Shown in pieces: positions 63,388-64,000 of a stretch of DNA of 64,000 bases. The notes below the pieces were generated by a model, which had not been told where the DNA came from, did not search any database, and saw only the letters and a list, made by a program, of their open reading frames with translations. Every line of letters begins with the position of its first letter. The stretch's first letter is position 1. This DNA comes from Tubulanus polymorphus. Taxonomy: Eukaryota; Animalia; Nemertea. The stretch is from the NCBI RefSeq assembly GCF_964204645.1, contig NC_134036.1, forward strand, positions 9,527,859-9,591,858. Reading direction: 5' to 3'. A program made the translations under genes and the position numbers.

Positions 63388-64000
63388 ATGCCGTCGAAAG
63401 AAGAGATATAATGCGAAATGCGCAAATTCGACAGATGACGAAACTTTTTGATCAGGCGAGGGATTTACTTCATTCGGAAAGTGACGAAAGCCTAGACAAA
63501 TTGTCTGGCGTCATAACTAGAATACGTACAAAATTGGAAGTTATCGCAGGATATGATTCGGAACTGATTGCGAACGCAGAGTTAGGGAAACTCGAAGACC
63601 TCGTATGTGAAACCGATGATTATATGAACGAAATAAACATCGAACTATCAACCTTCATCGGATACCTCGAACGGAAAAAGAATCAAATCGAACCGACAAC
63701 GCGCATGAAATCCGAGCAACAAAAAACTGCGAAAAGACCGATCCAGTTGCCGAAGTTATCTTTGCCAACATTCGATGGCGATATTCTGAAATGGCAAACG
63801 TTCTTCGATGGGTTTTTCTCGGCAGTTGATAGTGATGAGAACTTAACGAATATCCAAAAGTTCCAATATCTGTCCGCACAGCTAAAGGGCGACGCAGCAA
63901 AAACGATCGAAAACCTGAGTTTAACAAACGAAAATTATAATCAAGCTTTGGAACTTTTGTTAAACCGGTACGGGACACCACACAAAATTGTGGCCGCATA
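63388..64000 (+). pseudogene. BEL/Pao gag (DUF1759-type), disrupted, runs off the window
   Basis: QLPKLSLPTFDGDILKWQTFFDGF..LTNIQKFQYLSAQLKGDAAKTIENLSLTNENYNQALELLLNRYG. Confidence 0.88.

Overview
AT-rich, repeat-dense eukaryotic DNA, most likely from an invertebrate animal; no ordinary host gene can be supported. The centrepiece is a full-length 16.2-kb Polinton/Maverick (adintovirus-like) element at 20970-37197. It has AGTAGT...ACTACT ends, 343-bp TIRs and a TGTATG target-site duplication. Core genes: pPolB, packaging ATPase, rve-chromodomain integrase, minor and major capsid, adenain. Accessory genes: a divergent TATA-binding protein, a double-PC4 protein, C2H2 fingers spliced onto the polymerase and two triple-RING-like proteins. 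The TIRs carry YY1/E-box arrays. The element is recently inactivated (three nonsense codons and one frameshift found). It sits in a (TATG)n intron of an intron-rich tyrosine-recombinase (YR) gene. An uninterrupted paralogue of that YR gene lies at ~54.4-57.1 kb and a third, more distant YR relic at ~17.6-18.1 kb. Between the two close YR copies the introns are mostly ~90-98% identical while the exons are only ~75-82% identical, with changes concentrated at third codon positions, which inverts the normal pattern. The remainder is fossil CR1, RTE and RLE-type LINEs, Gypsy and BEL/Pao fragments, a Chapaev-like transposase, several MITEs, and mini/microsatellites.
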